The notes under the pieces: model-generated
Seen by the model: the letters and a program-made list of their open reading frames with translations, nothing else
Database searches by the model: none
Told to the model about the DNA's origin: nothing
Position numbers and translations under genes: made by a program
In this document: one piece after another, positions 10,565 through 19,294 of the stretch
Position numbering within the stretch: position 1 is the first letter of the stretch
How the letters are laid out: every line of letters begins with the position of its first letter
DNA from: an uncultured Bacteroidales bacterium
GTDB lineage: Bacteria; Bacteroidota; Bacteroidia; Bacteroidales; VadinHA17
Assembly (NCBI GenBank): GCA_963840965.1
Contig: CAWJAW010000005.1
Span: 261,484-325,483, forward strand
DNA length: 64,000 bases
Reading direction: 5' to 3'

Positions 10565-13500
10565 CGTATAACGCTTATCACGCCTGATCTGGGCTTTGAG
10601 CCATCGTTCAGGTACAGGATATAATGATATGAATCTGTAGGTACCAGCTTTCCTCCAACTGTTCCGTTCCACGGATTGTCGGCAAGGTTCCTTGTACTAA
10701 AAACCATCTTACCCCAACGGTTAAACACCCTGACCTCAGCATCAGGATAAAGATCGATATTCCTGATCTGCCACACATCATTGTATCCGTCGTTGTTGGG
10801 AGTTATCACCTGCGGAATGACAAGGCAGCCGAAGGAGAAACTGAAATCAACTTCGGCTGTGACAGTTTCACCGCAGCTGTTTTGGTCAGCAATAACCGCA
10901 GTATATGAACCCGGTGTCAGTCCGGTGCGGTTCACTCCTGTACTGCCGTCTGACCACAAAACAGTAAATGGTGTTGTCCCACCTGCAATTGTAAGACTGA
11001 TAGCTCCGTCTTCTGAATCCGGGCAGGAAGTTGGAGTAACCGTGGAATTAACTGTTATCGGTAGTGGTTCATCAATGGTTATCGTTTGTGTTTTAATGCA
11101 TCCATAGCTGTCGGTTACGGTAATTGTGTAAATACCAGCCGCAAGGTCCGTAACATTTTCCTTGGTTTGCTCCGGGTCCGTATTCCATGAGAAGGAATAT
11201 GGCTCCAGGCCTCCTGCTACTGCCGCTGTTGCACTTCCGTTGGTTCCTCCGTTGCAGGTCACATTGACCTGATCAATTGAAATTTCCATATCCGTAACAG
11301 GCTGTGAAATAGTAACGCTGTTTGTAGCTGAGCAGCCGTTGGCATCCGTTACCGTTACTGTAAAAGTGCCAGCAGGCAGGTTTGTGGCAACTGCTGTTAT
11401 CTGTGCAGGAGCACTGTTCCACCAGTAGGTGTAGGGTTGAGTTCCGCCTGAAGGTGTGGCAGTCACCCTGCCGGTAAGGCCGCCGTAACAAGTGATATCC
11501 TCGCCTGATACAGAAACACTGAGAGGATCGGGTTGAAAAATATCAATAATAATGTCAAATTCATCCAATGCGGCATCCTTAACAGTAATTGTATAAGTTC
11601 CTGCCGGAAGAGAACTGAAAGTCCCTGACGACTGAAATGCACCTCCCCCCTGTGAATATAGATAAGGCTGGCTTCCACCCCACCCCTCTACAGTTATGGT
11701 TCCATCGCTACCACCGTTACAGGAAACATTCTGTCTGTCCCTGACAAGGGCTGAAAGCGGTAGTGTTGGCTGGGTAATTGTTACCGTCAGTTCATAAAGG
11801 CACAAGCCTGCATCCCTGATTGTCAGGTCATAGGTTCCTGCCGAGAGAGATCCGAATGTTCCAGATGACTGGAATTCGCCATCATCAATTCTGAACTGAT
11901 AGGGAGATGTCCCTCCAGATCCTGCAATAGTGACACTTCCGCTATTCCCTCCATATTCCGTCACGTCAGTTATGGAAACAATACTCCCGCTCAAAGCCGA
12001 AGCGGGTTGTGTAACGGTAGCATTTGCTACAGAAGTGCATCCGTTTGAATCGGTGATGGTAACCGAGTAGTTTCCTGCCGGCAGACCGGTTACATCTTCT
12101 GTTTTAGCTCCGTTGCTCCAAAGGAATGTGTACGGAAGCGTCCCACCTGTAACTGAAAGGTCCAATGATCCGCTACTCTCTCCGAAACAGCTTATTGCTG
12201 CAGGTGTTATCGTACCGGTCATGGCAGTAACTGGCTGATTAATTGTTACAGGCATTATGAATTCACAATTGTTGGCATCGTGGATTGTAATGCTGTAATT
12301 GCCTGCTGACAGGGATCCAAATGTACCGTTTGCCTGGAACGGACCTGAACCAAGTTGATACATATAAGGAGGCACCCCGCCTGAAGCCGATACCGATACG
12401 GAACCTGTGTTATCGCCAAAACAAATAACATCCGTCTGTACAGACACCGAACCAAGGAGTAGCTCCGGTTGATTAATTACAAAAGGCAATATTACTGTAC
12501 ATGATGAAGCATCCCTAATTGTTACATAGTGATTGCCTATGGATATTCCTGAAAAGACACCTCCCGGCTGAAAGGCACCTCCATCAAGCGAATATGCAAA
12601 GGGAGGCTGACCTGTACCCGCATCTGCTGCAACAATGGCCGATCCGTCAGATGCTCCGTTACACGTTACATCCTGACTGGAAACCAATTGACCTGAAAGA
12701 TCCGAAATTGTGACGTTCAGCATCACCGAGCCGGTGCATGAGGAATTATGTCCGACAGAGACCGCGACCGTTCCCTCCTGCTCTTCTCCCCACCTTATGG
12801 TGATAAAATTGTCAAAGGTACTGCCCCCTGCCGTAATCACTCCGCCTGTTACTGTCCAGTTTTGAAAGGTATATGAATCTGTAAGAGTATATGTTAGTTC
12901 CGAATTGGCGCAAGCATCTGTTTCAGGATTATTGAATAATGGTGAAGGGATCGGGGTGATGGTAACCGTATCCAGAATGGTGGATTCACACTGGCTTCCC
13001 AAAAAAAGCGAATTTGGTTCGCTTATGGTGGTTGTTATTATTCCCTGAATTACACCAGGATTCCACCTCACATCGATCCGGCTTGTATCATGATTGGCGT
13101 TAAGTATCGTTCCGTTGATCACGGACCAGCTGTAAACGGCATCTGTCTTATGAAAAACCGAATAAGTCCTGACCTCCCCCTCGCAGGCTTCCGAATGCCT
13201 GATTGTCTGGTTGTTGAAAATAGGGCTTGTCTTATTGATGAATATTTCCGATGAGTCGACGCACCCATTGCCATCAGTAACCGTAAGTCGGATTCCATAA
13301 TACCCGTCAGGCATGGTGTTGTTGAAGAAAGGAGTTTCAGATATGCTTGTTTCCGAGAACTGCAAAGACGGAGGGAATGGTATGATCACCATGAAGGGTT
13401 CACTTTCCTGTGCGAGTCCTTCCCAGAAGTAAGAGTATTCACCATCGCCTCCTTCTGCATCCGAATCGAACAGAGCAAGCGTTGGAGACATGTCGCAGGA

Positions 13501-14172
13501 ACTCAAATACATCCCCGCAATATTAAGTGTAGATTCTACATTTATTGTCACATTACGGGAAGTTGAATTCCCATTTGAATCAGTCGCGGTAAGAACAACA
13601 GTTTGTTCGCCCAGATCGCTACAGGTAAAGGATGTTGGTGATACTGACATGATTACCTCACTGCAATTATCATAGGTGCCGTTATCAAGATCTGAAGCTG
13701 ACAATGTGCCCGAGCCATCTGAAGCAAGAAGCAGGGTAAAAGGTTTCACATTAATTACAGGTGGTGTTTTATCCTCGACCGTAACAATCGCTTCGCATGT
13801 TGAAGATAACCCCTCATCATCAGTTACAGTAAGGACCACCGGATTCGGGCCCAAATGGGAGCAACTGAAGGTATTTGGAAACACTGATCTGGCAACAATT
13901 GTGCCATCAGGGTCCTCGGATCCGCCATCAACATCAGTACTGTTTATTACAACAGAGCCCGACGATCCGAGCTGGACGGTGATGTTTTTACAGACTGCCA
14001 CTGGAGGAAGGACAGGTTTAGCATTAACTGAAGCCGAAGCTGGATTTCCCGCATATCCGATTAAAAACAAAATGGTTGGCAGAACAATAGTCTTCAGTAC
14101 TACTGGTTGAGATTTTACAATAGTAACAATTCTGTTAAAACTTCCAGGCAGTTTCATACAGGTCAGGTTCAT
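10561..14172 (-). CDS. Large cell-surface adhesin with Ig/HYR-like domains, 8 SprB repeats and T9SS type-B (gliding motility-associated) C-terminal domain
   Basis: The C-terminus ITPNNDGYNDVW.I......AEV.VFNRWG..VF.......W.G...G..VP...Y.Y matches the type-B sorting domain. There are eight ~76-aa C.G...G......GG..PY.Y...G..Q....F..L.AG.Y...(V/I).D...C units. The start is uncertain: ATG at 14172 or 14157, or the ORF-track TTG at 14220. Confidence 0.85.
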   Translation of the reverse strand: MNLTCMKLPGSFNRIVTIVKSQPVVLKTIVLPTILFLIGYAGNPASASVNAKPVLPPVAVCKNITVQLGSSGSVVINSTDVDGGSEDPDGTIVARSVFPNTFSCSHLGPNPVVLTVTDDEGLSSTCEAIVTVEDKTPPVINVKPFTLLLASDGSGTLSASDLDNGTYDNCSEVIMSVSPTSFTCSDLGEQTVVLTATDSNGNSTSRNVTINVESTLNIAGMYLSSCDMSPTLALFDSDAEGGDGEYSYFWEGLAQESEPFMVIIPFPPSLQFSETSISETPFFNNTMPDGYYGIRLTVTDGNGCVDSSEIFINKTSPIFNNQTIRHSEACEGEVRTYSVFHKTDAVYSWSVINGTILNANHDTSRIDVRWNPGVIQGIITTTISEPNSLFLGSQCESTILDTVTITPIPSPLFNNPETDACANSELTYTLTDSYTFQNWTVTGGVITAGGSTFDNFITIRWGEEQEGTVAVSVGHNSSCTGSVMLNVTISDLSGQLVSSQDVTCNGASDGSAIVAADAGTGQPPFAYSLDGGAFQPGGVFSGISIGNHYVTIRDASSCTVILPFVINQPELLLGSVSVQTDVICFGDNTGSVSVSASGGVPPYMYQLGSGPFQANGTFGSLSAGNYSITIHDANNCEFIMPVTINQPVTAMTGTITPAAISCFGESSGSLDLSVTGGTLPYTFLWSNGAKTEDVTGLPAGNYSVTITDSNGCTSVANATVTQPASALSGSIVSITDVTEYGGNSGSVTIAGSGGTSPYQFRIDDGEFQSSGTFGSLSAGTYDLTIRDAGLCLYELTVTITQPTLPLSALVRDRQNVSCNGGSDGTITVEGWGGSQPYLYSQGGGAFQSSGTFSSLPAGTYTITVKDAALDEFDIIIDIFQPDPLSVSVSGEDITCYGGLTGRVTATPSGGTQPYTYWWNSAPAQITAVATNLPAGTFTVTVTDANGCSATNSVTISQPVTDMEISIDQVNVTCNGGTNGSATAAVAGGLEPYSFSWNTDPEQTKENVTDLAAGIYTITVTDSYGCIKTQTITIDEPLPITVNSTVTPTSCPDSEDGAISLTIAGGTTPFTVLWSDGSTGVNRTGLTPGSYTAVIADQNSCGETVTAEVDFSFSFGCLVIPQVITPNNDGYNDVWQIRNIDLYPDAEVRVFNRWGKMVFSTRNLADNPWNGTVGGKLVPTDSYHYILYLNDGSKPRSGVISVIR
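10843..12675 (-). repeat. Intragenic array of 8 tandem SprB-type repeats (~228 nt each)
   Basis: Read from the translation: the first unit starts at QDVTCNGASDG and the last ends at ...AEVDF. The span is 1833 nt (611 aa). Confidence 0.8.
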
Positions 14173-14422
14173 AGTTGAAACAGTAAACACATCTACAAGT
14201 ATATCAGATAAATAAGCCAATGAATATTATGGCACAGGTCCCCCTATCGCCAGAGATTTTTCTCGTCCAATACAATAAACGTGAATTTATGCGATTTTAT
14301 ACGTTGCCTTGCATCATTTTTTTCACGTTTTCAACAATTTAGCAGGAGTTATAAAGAAAACGCCCGAATTTGCTTTACTGAGCCCTCGCGGAATTGTATA
14401 CCTTCTATTTTTGGAGTAATTG

Positions 14423-14453
14423 TTTGCAGAGATTAAAATCTGGATTATATTTG
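14423..14453 (+). promoter_or_regulatory. Candidate promoter of tRNA-Val (-33 TTTG, -7 TATATTTG)
   Basis: TTTG at 14423-14426, a 19-nt spacer, then TATATTTG at 14446-14453. The tRNA begins 12 nt downstream. Confidence 0.5.
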
Positions 14454-14464
14454 CACCCGTTTCA

Positions 14465-14539
14465 GGGCGATTAGCTCAGCTGGTTCAGAGCATCTGCCTT
14501 ACAAGCAGAGGGTCGGCGGTTCGAACCCGTCATCGCCCA
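14465..14539 (+). tRNA. tRNA-Val (anticodon TAC)
   Basis: A manual cloverleaf fits. The acceptor stem is GGGCGAT/ATCGCCC, the D stem GCTC/GAGC and the anticodon stem TCTGC/GCAGA. The anticodon loop is CTTACAA and the T arm is GGCGG-TTCGAAC-CCGTC. Total length is 75 nt and no CCA is encoded. Confidence 0.93.
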
Positions 14540-14545
14540 CAAGAC

Positions 14546-14585
14546 AAAATCCGGAACGTGTAAGCGGGACCGGTTTTGTTTTTTT
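14546..14585 (+). terminator. Probable terminator after tRNA-Val
   Basis: An imperfect hairpin (AAAATCCGG...CCGGTTTT, one bulge) runs into TTTTGTTTTTTT at 14574-14585. Confidence 0.5.
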
Positions 14586-14606
14586 CAGACCAGCCATTAA
14601 AACCAA

Positions 14607-14631
14607 TCCGGCTCCGATAACCGGAGCCGGA
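14607..14631 (-). terminator. Hairpin terminator downstream of small ORF 14685-14873
   Basis: A 10-bp perfect stem TCCGGCTCCG / CGGAGCCGGA has a 5-nt loop. On the minus strand it is followed by TTGGTTTTAA. Confidence 0.55.
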
Positions 14632-14684
14632 CCTCTCACTAATAGTTCCCTCTAACTTGTAAAATCCGCTTGAAACAGAAGATT

Positions 14685-14873
14685 TTAACTTCTTACGATC
14701 AGATCATCTGTCTTTATCTGTCCCATGAAAGTGCCTGGTCTGATCAACTGCATTTTCTGCAGGAACTGCATCCTTGCAACCTCATCCGGCACCCATATAC
14801 TGGTTTCAATCCAGGTTGAGTTGTCAATCCTGACAAACTTTGTGTTCTTTGAATTAGATCTCCTGGCTTTCAT
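14685..14873 (-). CDS. Hypothetical small protein (62 aa)
   Basis: ATG start, non-repetitive sequence with a basic N-terminus, and its own downstream hairpin. I recognise no family. Confidence 0.4.
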   Translation of the reverse strand: MKARRSNSKNTKFVRIDNSTWIETSIWVPDEVARMQFLQKMQLIRPGTFMGQIKTDDLIVRS

Positions 14874-15065
14874 GATAAGATTTGTTTTATAATTTTTAAA
14901 CGCCGTAATTGTTCATATATTGCACATAAAGAGAGGATTTCAGCGGAAAATGCTGTTTTTCATTCAGAGGTTGACAACTCCTTCAAAACTTAATCCATAT
15001 ATTTTAACGGAAGCTTGTTTCTTTGGAAGAAAATACCTTAATTTTACTAACAAAAAAACTGACTT

Positions 15066-15668
15066 ATGCCTGACAATTTCTTTAATCTGGGTAATCCCGA
15101 TTTTCTCGGGATCCTTTTCCGGTTTGTATTAAACCTCGGCTTCCTTGTTGTTCTTATCAGGGTGATTTATTTCAGATACACGAAGAAAGAGAAGTTCCTG
15201 TTCACCTTTTTCATGCTGGGCATCACTATTTTCTTTATCAGTTCGATGCTTAAATCGGTGTTCATTGAGTTTGGAATGGCGGTTGGTCTCTTTGCAATCT
15301 TTACCATTCTGAGATTCAGGACCAGGAATTTCAGTCTCAAGGACATGTCGTACATCTTCACCACAATCGGAATATCACTTATCAACTCTCTTAAACTGGT
15401 AGGGTTCCCGATGCTTGGGGTGATCATCTTCAATCTGATCATTCTCGCATCAGCTGTTGTTCTCGAAGAGTTCGCCATCAGAAACAATACAACTACGTAC
15501 TCTATTATTCTTGAGGACCTTGAGTTGCTGAAAAACGGAAGGAAGCAGAAGATCCTTAAGGAGATTTCGGAACTCACCGGGAAGGATATCCTTAGATACA
15601 AAATCAGGAAAATCGACTACAAGAAACGGATTGCCGTGCTGGATATTTCTTACAAGGACCGCTCTTAA
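15066..15668 (+). CDS. DUF4956-like membrane protein
   Basis: The 200-aa product has four predicted TM helices and an FRTRNF-type motif (ILRFRTRNFSLKDMSYIF). This resembles DUF4956 family members as I remember them. Confidence 0.65.
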   Translation: MPDNFFNLGNPDFLGILFRFVLNLGFLVVLIRVIYFRYTKKEKFLFTFFMLGITIFFISSMLKSVFIEFGMAVGLFAIFTILRFRTRNFSLKDMSYIFTTIGISLINSLKLVGFPMLGVIIFNLIILASAVVLEEFAIRNNTTTYSIILEDLELLKNGRKQKILKEISELTGKDILRYKIRKIDYKKRIAVLDISYKDRS

Positions 15669-15717
15669 CTGTCAAACCTGGTATTCAAAGCAATAACGGT
15701 AAAAAAGTACCAAAAAC

Positions 15718-15746
15718 AAGAGGCTGTCCAAAACGGACAGCCTCTT
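15718..15746. terminator. Bidirectional hairpin terminator
   Basis: A 12-bp perfect stem AAGAGGCTGTCC / GGACAGCCTCTT has loop AAAAC. On the minus strand it is followed by GTTTTTGGTACTTTTTT, and on the plus strand by a weaker TATCATTTG. Confidence 0.75.
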
Positions 15747-15794
15747 TATCATTTGATTACCAGATACTGCTGGTATTACAATGCATAACCTTTA

Positions 15795-17389
15795 CTAATT
15801 CTTAACGCATCTGATTGATTTTCCGGCATTGTTATCAGCATTCTGTCTTTGTACGTTTTCATGAGAGTAGTCAAGCTGTCTTATCATTGAACGATCTGTC
15901 GTACTAACTGTCGAGGTCCAGAAATAGGCAATATTCCCGGCATGCTGGAATAATCCACCGTCATAGTAACGATAACCTCCAGGCATTGCATTGAAACCAC
16001 TTGAATTGGTACCGTTCCCGTCATTGGACCATCCCTGAGTGCTCTTCATCTGTGTACCCTGATCGGTTCCGCGCCAACCAGAACCCTCAGCAACAACCTG
16101 TGTCATACCAAGAGCCATTTCCAGAGAAATGAAATCCCCATCAGTTGCAACATGCCAACCAGTCAGGACAAAGATTGGTATTGCTTGCTGCAAACCAATT
16201 ATAAAGTGCTCCGTATAATGGTTTATTCACGGCTTCGTTATCTTCATACCAGCAATATGCCGGACTTGCAAGATTTGCCCAGTCAGTACCTGTTGCAACT
16301 GTCGGAATAGGAGTGTCATTTTTGAAAGTGGTAGTTGCCAGGTTCTCTGCCATCCAGACTGCTGATCCTATCCTTATTACCTCATAGGAATTTCCATCAG
16401 CATCCATAAGCAGAGTGTTGAATGTAACCTGCTCACCATAACTGGTTCCAGCTGAATTAGTGGCATAGGCCCTGACAAAGTAGGGGGTACCCATTTCAAG
16501 ACCAGTAATTGTAGCAGTGAATTCACCGGTTCCGCTTCCCAGAGCGGCAGCCATTGATTCATCATCAACGGTCGGGATTCTCATCAGTGCTCCAGCAAAG
16601 ACCTCTTTCAGTTATTGCACCACCGTTATCAGCAGTGACATTGCCACCTACTGCTGCCGAAGCTTCGGTTATCGTGCTAACAGCTCCGGTTGTAAGATCA
16701 GGTTCACCAACTGCAATTGTTGTAAACTCCACCTGGGTTCCGTACTCCGTTCCGGCATCGTTGGTAGCATAAGCCCTGACATAGTACTTTGTTCCCGACT
16801 TAAGATTTGCAAGGCTGCTGGTAAAAGCACCAGTACCAGTTCCATCAGTAGTAGTAACAACTCCAGTACCTCCGATAGCAGGATTGGCAGTTTCTCCATA
16901 GCATACACCCTTTGCTGTTACATTTCCACCACCGGCAGCAGTTACATTTCCACCTGCCGTAGCAGTGGTATAGCTGAAAACAGTAACTGCAGCTGTAGTA
17001 ACCGTTGCTCCGACAATAGCGGTTGCAGTGAATTCAACCTCATTGCCATAAGCAGTTCCGACACTGTTTGTGGCATAGGCTCTCACATAATATTTAGTTC
17101 CCGGTGTCAAACCGGTCAGGTTGCTCGAAAATGAACCTGTCCCTGTACCATCAGTGGTTTTAGAGCCTGAGATAGTAGGATTTGCTGCCGTTCCCCAGCA
17201 GACACCCCTGGCAGTAACATCCGCACCGCCGTCGTCGGTCACATTACCACCCGAAACTGCCGTGGTTGTTGTCACTCCGCTGACCGCAGTGGTAGTCACC
17301 ACAGGGATCTCCTCCTTCTTACAGCTGTTGAGTGTTGCAACACCTGCCAGAAGAACGATTAAAACAAGAAAATTCAATGCTTTCTTCAT
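15795..17389 (-). pseudogene. Frameshifted FISUMP-domain lipoprotein (paralog A), split into three ORFs
   Basis: ORFs 16565-17389, 16141-16584 and 15795-16193 use all three frames and together are collinear with the intact paralogs. Removing one base near 16573-16576 and one near 16164-16165 restores CWSTDENP-TVDD and NLCP-TGWHV. The 1595-nt span minus 2 gives 1593 nt, or 531 codons including the stop. Confidence 0.75.
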
Positions 17390-17484
17390 AATGTAAGTGG
17401 TTTAAAAGTTGTTTTAAATAATTATAAACTAGTCTTTCTGTTATTGATAACCTCTACTAATTATTTGTATATCTGTTGCTAACA

Positions 17485-19071
17485 TTAGTCTTTTATACAT
17501 CTCACCGATTTCCCTCCGGCAAAGATGACCCCTTCCCGGTATACCCTGGCATCATTACTGTCTAAACGACGATAAAGCGCTTTTGTTGTATCCCAGTGTA
17601 AAGTTGAAGTCCACCAGTACCCAACAACGCCATAATCTGCAAAATTGCCCAGAACACCATACCTGTAACCCTCTCCAAGAGCTGTGAATCCACTTGAATT
17701 TGTTCCGGTCGATGGAATCCATGTAGACGTACTCTTCATCTGGTTGCCCTGATCTGTACCTCTCCAACCAGTACCATCATATTGTGCCGGCGTCATTCCA
17801 AGATGTCTCTCCAGAACCATAAATTCCCCATCAGTCGGTACATGCCATCCGGTCGGGCATAAAACTGCTGTTTCAACGGCATACCAGTTGTAAATCAACC
17901 CATATCCGGTTCCGGCAGGAGGTTGATTATTATTATACCAGCAGCATGCAGCTGTTGTCAGATCTTTCCAGGCGTCATCTTCTTCAACAAAGGGTATGGC
18001 GGCCCCTCCCCGGTAGCGGGTTGTTCTGAGGTCCGACTGCATCCACAACTGATCCCCGATAATTACTGTCCTGTAAATATTGCCGTCTATATCAGATGCA
18101 CTGGTTGAGAAAATCATCTGAGGACCGTATCCGATACCTGCGCTGTTAGTTGCATAAGCCCTTACATAATAAATAGTAGAATTATTCAGTCCTTCGATGT
18201 CACCGGAAAAGTTTCCGGTTCCGGATCCTGCGGATGATGAAAAGTTCGAAGTAGTGGGGTTTGGACTGGTACCCCAGCAAATACCCTTGTCTGTAATTTC
18301 ACCTCCGTTTGAATTGATGCTTCTCCCTCCGGATACCGCTGCATCAACGGTGACCCCTGTCACTGCATCAGTTGTAAGGGAAGGCACGGTAACGGGCCTA
18401 GTCCTGAAAGAAAGCTCGTTTCCATATGTAGTACCCATGCTGTTGGTTGCATAGGCCCTGACATAATATGTTGTATTTGGCGTAAGTCCTGTCAGATTGC
18501 TTACAAAGGCGCTTGTTCCTGAACCGTCACCAGTGTGTGAACCGCCAACTACCGGACCTGAAGAGGTGCTCCAGCAGACTCCCCTGGCTGTAATTGCCGA
18601 ACCTCCATCCGAAATGTTGATTCCGCCTGATGTGGCAGTTGTCCACGACACCTCTCCGATCTCCCTGGTTGTTATAGCCGGAGTCACAGCAAGTGTGGAG
18701 AACTCCATATCCTCGCCATAAGCTGTTCCTGCACTGTTAATTGCATAAGCTCTTACATGATAGGTGGTCGCCAATTGTAGTCCTGTTATATCAGCTGAAA
18801 AAATACCATCACCGGTTCCGGAGGCGATTTTATTATTATCAACAGTCGGATTGGCAGTTAATGCCCAGCATATACCCCTGTCTGTAACCGAAGCCCTGCC
18901 ATCTGAGGTGATATTGCCTCCGGAAGTGGCTGAACCGGAAGTAATGTTTGCCGGTGCAACTGTTGCTATTGTTGGTAAAACCGGATCTTTCTTGCATCCG
19001 AATAAAATAATAACTGCTGACAGAAATAGTGAAATCAGCAGAACGTTTGAAATCCTGAATTTTCTTTTCAT
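17485..19071 (-). CDS. FISUMP-domain lipoprotein (paralog B): lipobox + 3 x ~95-aa repeats + Fibrobacter-succinogenes-major-paralogous-type domain
   Basis: The signal/lipobox is LFGC. There are three RG(I/V)CW...YYVRAYATN..G..YG repeats. The C-terminal module carries DIDGN.Y..V.IG.QLWM, YNWYA, LCPTGWHVPTDGEF, GTNSSGF, GYWWTST and SVRCIKD. Confidence 0.85.
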   Translation of the reverse strand: MKRKFRISNVLLISLFLSAVIILFGCKKDPVLPTIATVAPANITSGSATSGGNITSDGRASVTDRGICWALTANPTVDNNKIASGTGDGIFSADITGLQLATTYHVRAYAINSAGTAYGEDMEFSTLAVTPAITTREIGEVSWTTATSGGINISDGGSAITARGVCWSTSSGPVVGGSHTGDGSGTSAFVSNLTGLTPNTTYYVRAYATNSMGTTYGNELSFRTRPVTVPSLTTDAVTGVTVDAAVSGGRSINSNGGEITDKGICWGTSPNPTTSNFSSSAGSGTGNFSGDIEGLNNSTIYYVRAYATNSAGIGYGPQMIFSTSASDIDGNIYRTVIIGDQLWMQSDLRTTRYRGGAAIPFVEEDDAWKDLTTAACCWYNNNQPPAGTGYGLIYNWYAVETAVLCPTGWHVPTDGEFMVLERHLGMTPAQYDGTGWRGTDQGNQMKSTSTWIPSTGTNSSGFTALGEGYRYGVLGNFADYGVVGYWWTSTLHWDTTKALYRRLDSNDARVYREGVIFAGGKSVRCIKD

Positions 19072-19271
19072 TAATTTTTAGAATTACATATTCCTTTAAA
19101 CTTAATTTCCTGCGAATAATTGTGTCAACGGGAAAAATGCTTAAACCCATAAAGTATAACATTTTTCCTGCAGTTCCTTTACTGAATCACGCCATCAAAA
19201 CACCTGAAGCCATAAGTATACTGATGCTCCTGCAATTCAGGTTTTCATCCGCCAATGGCCCTTTCATCAGA

Positions 19272-19279
19272 CAAATATA
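19272..19279 (-). promoter_or_regulatory. Candidate -7 box (TATATTTG) upstream of paralog B
   Basis: An exact TAnnTTTG match on the minus strand, 16 nt after the paralog C stop. It would give a leader of about 190 nt before the ATG at 19071. Confidence 0.3.
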
Positions 19280-19294
19280 TATTAATCAGGAGTG

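Noticed and set aside
15167-15601. A 144-aa ORF antisense to the DUF4956-like gene
   Set aside because: It is fully nested in antisense within a gene whose product has coherent TM topology. The antisense product is low-complexity with no signal or known family.
16565-16576. Programmed +1 ribosomal frameshift restoring paralog A
   Set aside because: Only the first site is a slippery proline quadruplet (CCC-G). The second (CCT-G) cannot re-pair after a +1 shift. There is no adjacent stop or hungry codon, and two independent recoding events in one gene is improbable. It is kept as a minor alternative in the findings.
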